Origin: Nitrospirota bacterium
GTDB taxonomy: Bacteria; Nitrospirota; UBA9217
DNA length: 64,000 bases
Assembly: GCA_963740085.1 (NCBI GenBank)
Contig: CAVUCU010000005.1
Span: 416,001 to 480,000, forward strand
Reading direction: 5' to 3'
This document shows, one piece after another, positions 58,098 to 64,000 of this stretch (the first letter of the stretch is position 1; every line of letters begins with the position of its first letter). The position numbers and the translations under genes are program-made. The notes below the pieces were generated by a model. The model had not been told where the DNA came from. It did no database searches and saw nothing but the letters and a program-made list of their open reading frames with translations.

Positions 58098-58540
58098 ATG
58101 CAACTTAACTTTGAAGAGATAAAGAAACTTATTCCTCAGCGATTCCCCTTTATCATGCTCGATAAAGTGATGGAATCGGAACCGGGTAAACGCGTGGTCG
58201 CTGTAAAGAATGTGTCCGGGAAATGACATGATTTTTCTCGGCCATTTTCCCGAAAAGGCGATTATGCCCGGTGCGCTCATTATCGAGGCAATGGCGCAGG
58301 CATCCATCATTCTCTTCGCTACAAGCGAAAAAAAGAGAGAGCTCCGGCAAAAAGCCCTTTTATTATTTCGGTTCGGTCAAAGCGCGATTCCTTCATCCTG
58401 CGGTACCGGGTGACCAATTAAGAATTAGTGTTGAGAACGTCAAAACCCTTCCGACCGGTGCATACATAACGGGAGAGGTTTTTGTCGAAAATAAGAAAGT
58501 GGCAGAAGCAGACCTGGTTTTCAGCGTGAAAAATGAATAA
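58098..58540 (+). CDS. fabZ: 3-hydroxyacyl-ACP dehydratase (two frameshifts)
   Basis: [23 protein letters not shown] | [22 protein letters not shown] | [14 protein letters not shown]. Confidence 0.85.
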
Positions 58541-59740
58541 GAGAGTCGTCATAACGGGGCTGGGTGTTATATCTTCCATAGGTATTGGCTGGAAGGAATT
58601 CTGGGACAACTTGCTTAAGGGAAAGTCCGGCATCAGTCCCGTTACTGCCTTTGATACGACAAATCAGTTCACACATAACGGCGGTGAAGTAAAGAATTTC
58701 AGACCAGAGGCGTTCATCGAGCAGGACAAGCTCCGCACACTTAGCAGGGCATCACACATGGGGCTTGCTGCCGCTAAGCTGGCAATGGTCGACTCTAAAT
58801 TATCGTCGGGCCATCTCGAATTTGAAAAGTGGCACCTGCATCGGAATAACATCGGGACCATTCAGGTCGTCGAAAACATTGATGATTATCGTGATGTTTA
58901 GAAAAGATGAATTAAAAAACAATTTAATTACGCAACTTCCTGTTAATACTGTATCTGCATGTATCGCTAAGGAACTACATCTCGACGGGCCAAACTTCCT
59001 TTTTTCTACCGCGTGTGCAGCAGGGAATTATGCTATAGGTTACGGCTTTGATTTAATTCGTTTAAACAAGGCAGATATAATTCTTGCGGGCGCATCTGAT
59101 CCTTTTTCGAGAATATCATTCACAGGTTTCAATCAGTTTTCTGCCGTTGCCCCTGTAAAATGTCAACCCTTTGATAAGAATAGAAAAGGGATGATAGTGG
59201 CCGAAGGAGCTGGCGCACTTATTTTAGAATCTCTTGAGAATGCAATGAAACGGCATGCTCCTATCTATGCTGAAATTTTGGGTTACGGGCTCAGTTGCGA
59301 TGCTTTTCATATGACGACTTCTTCCGTTGCTGGTATAGCAGCTTGTATGAAGACCGCAATGCAAACAGCTAGTATCACGATTGAAGAAGTCGATTATATT
59401 AGTGCCCACGGAACGGGTACACCAACAAATGATAAAAATGAATGTGCCGCCATAGAAACATCTTCGGCCGCGTTACCAAAAAGTCCCTGCGAGTGCTATC
59501 AAATCCATGCTCGGCCATACAATGGGGGCGGCATCAACTATTGAAGCAATCGCATGTGCACTTACCGTCCAAAATGATATAATGCCACCAACTATCAATT
59601 ATGAAACGCCTGACCCGGAATGTGATATTGATTGTGTTCCTAATCAATCACGAAAACATACCGTAACAATAGCATTGAATAATTCCTACGCATTTGGCGG
59701 CAACAATGCCTGTCTGGTTTTAAAAAAGCACACCAGTTAA
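58533..59740 (+). CDS. fabF: Beta-ketoacyl-ACP synthase with intact Cys-His-His triad (several frameshifts)
   Basis: RVVITGLG | [23 protein letters not shown] | [25 protein letters not shown] and [10 protein letters not shown]. Confidence 0.85.
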
Positions 59741-59762
59741 GTAAGGAGATAAAGAGAAAACA

Positions 59763-60060
59763 ATGGCTGAAAAATGTGGAAAAAGCAATCGTTACGATTA
59801 TTGCTGAGGTCTCTGGATTTGAAGAAAATGAGATAACGCCAGAGAAGAACTTTTTTAAAGATTTGGAAGTGGATTCTATTAAAGCTATAGAAATTACAGT
59901 TGCAATTGAAAAAAAATTAAAGATATCGGTAAGAGATGAAGATGTTCCTAAAATTGCGACTGTGAAAGAAGCCGTGGAACTAGTACATAATTTATTAAAT
60001 CAAAATCGACAATCAAATCTATCAGAGACGTTGATTAAAATGGTTATGATGCGGCAATAA
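59763..60060 (+). CDS. acpP: Acyl carrier protein (extra A in a homopolymer after ATG 59763; GTG 59776 is in frame)
   Basis: DLEVDSIKAIEI phosphopantetheine motif; acidic sequence. Confidence 0.85.
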
Positions 60061-61422
60061 GGGTATGGTATGGTTGTTCCCTGCGAAACCTTGTAAAAAT
60101 ATTCTTATTGTCGAACAACATACAACCGGGAGGTTATTGTACGTCTTTTAAGAGAAGAGAATTTATTTTTGATGCGGCAGCTCATTCATTTGGGAGCTAT
60201 AGGATGGGAGGAAATATTATAAAGATATTAGCGTGAATTAGGTGTCGACCAACTAATTGGATAAGATGATATTAATCCTTTGATAATGTAGTTCCTGCTG
60301 AGTTTCTAATATAATTTTGTAATGATATACAAAAAACTATTAATAATTTAATAAATATTTTTCCAGAAGAAAAGCAGAACATTGAGCGGTTATATAATTT
60401 TATATTTTGACAAAGAATTAATCAACTTGAAAGAGTGAAATTGAGAAAAAAAACATTTGCGGATTTTTTGGGAAAGTTTTTTAAAGATATACGTTTAATC
60501 AATACCCTTGCTGTACCCGTTTTTGGATATGGAGGTTTACCCGCCATCGCTTTTGCAAGCATTTACTGGGGTAAAAATATTTAACGAATATATAATCGAT
60601 GGGGGTTATTATCCTGAAGATAGCATGCAAAGTATACCGAATGCTTTGGATAAAATTGTTAGAGCAACATGAAGGAACACTTATATATAAAAGGGTTGTT
60701 GAAAAAATCATCAGTAATGATGGCAAAGCTTCGGGGGTAATATAGATAATAATCGTGCTATTGTTTCTAATCTGGTCTCTTGCGATATTACTCGACCTAA
60801 GACTGTTTATTGAGGATAAAATAATCGACGGGCCCTCGAATGATAAGCTTACAATATGATGCCTTCAATATCCACTTTTACTCTTTACATGGGAATTGCC
60901 AGGCCATTTAAGGGGCTTCCCCAAGAGGGAACAAATACATGGTATCTTCCTTATTATGATCTAGATAAAATGTATACTTTTGTTGATAAGAGCGATTTTG
61001 ACAATGTGGGTGGCTTCATGCTCAGAGTATCTCCTGACAAAAAAACAATTTTGGCTTTTTCTCCTGCCCCATATAATACAAAATCGTTCTGGAGACAACA
61101 CAAAAAAGAAATCACCCAGCTTTTCTTAAAGAGAATCGAAAAGCATATCCCAGGTCTACAAGAACATATAGCTTATCTCGATTCCGCAACTCCTTATACC
61201 CACTACAGATATACTCTTAATCTCAAAGGTGCTAATTATGGTTGGGCTGCTATAAAGTCGCAACTGTTCGATCCAGATTTTTGTCATAAATCTTTCGTTG
61301 ATGGGCTATATGTGACTGGCCACTGGACCGCTCAGACTCATGGAATACCTGGAGTTGCATATTTGGGTTATAATACTGCAAAACTTATCCTTAAGCGTGA
61401 AAAAAATGACGTTTTACATTAG
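60030..61422 (+). pseudogene. CrtI/phytoene-desaturase-like FAD oxidoreductase, heavily frameshifted in its 5' half
   Basis: Fragments YDAAI, ILIVEQH, GGYCTSFKRREFIFDAAAH and DGGYYPE; intact C-terminal part PSISTFTLYMG, SATPYTHYRYT..GANYGW and GLYVTGHW...GIPGV. Confidence 0.75.
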
Positions 61423-61452
61423 GGTTGTTTTTTTCGATGAAGAGGCTAGAAT

Positions 61453-63614
61453 ATGATTATGTCTAAAGAACAGTATATTAACGATAAAATTAATAAATTA
61501 CCCCAATACTGGTCTAATTTGGCGGCTTTTTTTGGTGGTTTCTTTTTTGCGGGCTTATCACTTTTGGACTACATTGCTACTCCTGAAAACTTTTCCAATT
61601 TTTTAAAATATAGATTGATTGGAGTTTTTTTATTTGCGGTATATTCTTTATAATCGAATAAAGGTTGGCAAAAGGTATCAATTATCAATAATTTATTTCG
61701 GCGTTATTGTTTCGGCATGTATGATCGAGTACATGATTATGCACTTCGGCGAACATGCTTCGCCGTATTATGCAGGTCTATTTATTCTTATTATGGTCAT
61801 CGTCGGCTTTGTTCCAATTCCCTTATATCATTCCATATATCTTTCGATGATTACTTTTTTAATTTATCTAGTACCGATATTAATTTACGATGAATCGCTT
61901 AGTTTTAAAGCATTTTAGTTCCGCTATTTTTTTTAGTTTCCACTTTTGCGATAGCCAACGTGTGGAGATATCTTAGCCAAAAAAGTCTCGTAAACGAGCT
62001 CTCCCTTCAATACGACCTTGAACAGCAAAAGAAACAGCTCGAAAGTTATTCATACCAGCTTCAGATGCGGTCGAGGAACGGACCAAGGAACTCCATGAAT
62101 CTGATCAATGGCACCGGTCACTTTTTGAAAACGCGACGGACGGGATTATTGTCATGGACCGTCACGGCATCATCGTGAACGCTAATGACAGGGCCTGCGA
62201 AATGCACGGCTTTACGCGAGAGGCGCTTGTCGGCGCCCATATAAAACTGTTGGCGGCCGACGGTGACAAGAACAACATGTTGGAGAGAATGCGCCGGATA
62301 CTGGACGGTGAATCTCTTGTGTTTGAGGCCGCAAACAACAAAAAGGACGGCTCAACCGTCAATGTCGAAGTCAGTTCCAAGGCAATCAACATTGGGAACG
62401 AGCTTTTTGTACAGTCATTCTATCGTGATATCACCGAGAAGAAGAAATTTCAGGAACACCTTATGCAGTCGCAGAAGATGGAATCCGTCGGAGTCCTCGC
62501 CGGTGGGATCGCACACGACTTTAATAATATATTGACCGCCATCCTTGGCCACACAGACCTCATTCGCCGGTTTGCCGTGCTGGACGAAAAGGCGACGCGC
62601 AGTCTTAACGTTATCGAAGATGCGTCGCGAAGGGCAGGAAGAATGATCTCAAAACTTCTTGGCTTTGCGCGAAAAAGCAAGTATGAGCGAACACCGATCA
62701 ACCTGAACGATGTGGTGTATGAGACCATAAAACTGCTCGAGCAGGTCATCGACAAGAGCATAAACCTGAGCGTAGAACTTGACAACCGGCTTCCCCTGAT
62801 CCAGGGCGACGTGAATCAGATGGAGCAGGTCATCATGAATTTCATCGTCAATGCCCGTGATGCCATGCCGAAAACGGGCGGACGCATCGTCATCCACACG
62901 CAATCCCGGACGGTCGTGAAGAGCATGCCGGATGTCCCTCCCTATGTCCCTCCCGGGGAATATGTCCAGATCAGCGTCTCTGACACCGGCGCCGGGATTC
63001 CCGAGGATATCGTGAACAAGATCTTCGAGCCTTTCTTTACCACGAAGGAGCAGGGAAAAGGAACAGGGCTCGGCCTGTCCATGGTCTACGGAGCCGTCAA
63101 AGACCATGAGGGATATCTCTCTGTTCAGAGCACGCTTGGCGTCGGGAGCGTTTTTTCCGTTTTTCTGCCCGCAGCAGCCCCTGCATCCGTTGCCGGGGCA
63201 AAGGGAGCTTTAAAGCAGGCCAGTGGAAAGGAAACCCTCCTTATTGTTGATGACGAACAGGATGTTCTTGACATCATGCGGGACGCACTGGAGAGCAGTG
63301 GGTACAAGGTGTTTGCAACCAGCGATTCTACGGTAGCGATGGACCTCTACAGAAGGATTTTTCACGAAGTGGCGCTTGTCATATCCGACATCGTCATGCC
63401 CGGAATTGACGGAAAAGAGCTCATCCGGCAGATAAAAGCGATCAATCCCGATGTTAAAGTTCTCGCGGTTTCCGGGTATACGAGATATGTCGCGGAAAAG
63501 GACGAGATCAAAGAAATTGACGGTTTTCTTCAGAAACCCTTTGAATCGTATTATCTTCTTTCCGTGGTACGACGGATACTCGATACAAAGTCAAAAAAAT
63601 TCTTACCTGTCTGA
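61453..63614 (+). CDS. Hybrid sensor histidine kinase (multi-TM sensor + PAS + HisKA + HATPase + REC); 5' part split by frameshifts
   Basis: Consecutive hydrophobic ORF pieces at 61453, 61619 (ASPYYAGL) and 61960, then PAS, LAGGIAHDFNN, NFIVNARDAM, FEPFFTTK..GKGTGLGL and a REC domain. Confidence 0.88.
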
Positions 63615-64000
63615 GCAAACATCCTTCACAACAGCGCATTATTGTATAAATCCGACTGCCCACCTGAAAGCGGGGCACCAAGCCAGCTTCGTCATGAGCT
63701 TCCCAAGCTGACTCGAGCCGCTGGACTGAGCAGCCGCAGCATCGCGCTTTATGCATAGTCTCGCACGCTAAAACCCGACATCTTGTTAATTCAGTTCATC
63801 CTGTCATTCAATCAAAGGCCCGATCATTTCTACTCATTTTGCGACAAGAAATTTTAATCCCTAGCAAACCGATGGAACATCCAGGCATTACACCCGGGCG
63901 GGAGCCATTAAATTTGTTATAATGTAACTACTCAGGTGAATAGACTGAGGGTAGGAGTTTTTGTGTAATTCAAGTAGATACCCTTCAGCTTTCAGCCTGA

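Noticed and set aside
63855-63910. c-di-GMP-I riboswitch-like GCAAACC start
   Set aside because: The GNRA loop, GACGCAAAGC segment and second stem are not present.

Overview
High-GC bacterial chromosome segment, probably from an anaerobic Nitrospirota or Desulfobacterota-type organism (inferred from gene content only). It has four blocks. (1) 1-19.5 kb, minus strand: a Wood-Ljungdahl/C1 cluster with cooC, ygfA, folE, a GltD-ferredoxin-MvhD fusion, metV, metF, panB, thyX, a second cooC/acsF, panG, acsE-D-C-B, and NuoE/NuoF-like subunits plus a selenocysteine formate dehydrogenase (in-frame TGA with SECIS). (2) 20.9-45.8 kb, minus strand: a chemosensory gene cluster of the HEAT-repeat/ExeA/GAF type with ~64-heptad chemoreceptors. 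Nested inside it is a complete porin-multiheme-cytochrome conduit (OmcB-like decaheme lipoprotein, MtrA-like decaheme, MtrB-like barrel), directly followed by orphan periplasmic binding proteins paired with MCPs. (3) 46-54 kb: housekeeping genes (yajQ, lolA, recQ, rlmA, HU, ftsK, uppP). (4) 54-64 kb: an AT-richer island with a PhcB-like methyltransferase, a KS/CLF type II fatty-acid/polyketide cassette, a CrtI-like oxidoreductase and a membrane hybrid sensor kinase; it has many frameshifts. The best candidates for undescribed systems are the conduit-coupled chemosensory array and the lipid-signal synthase/sensor island. Many gene junctions carry short-period inverted-repeat elements. All family assignments come from motif recognition; no database searches were run.
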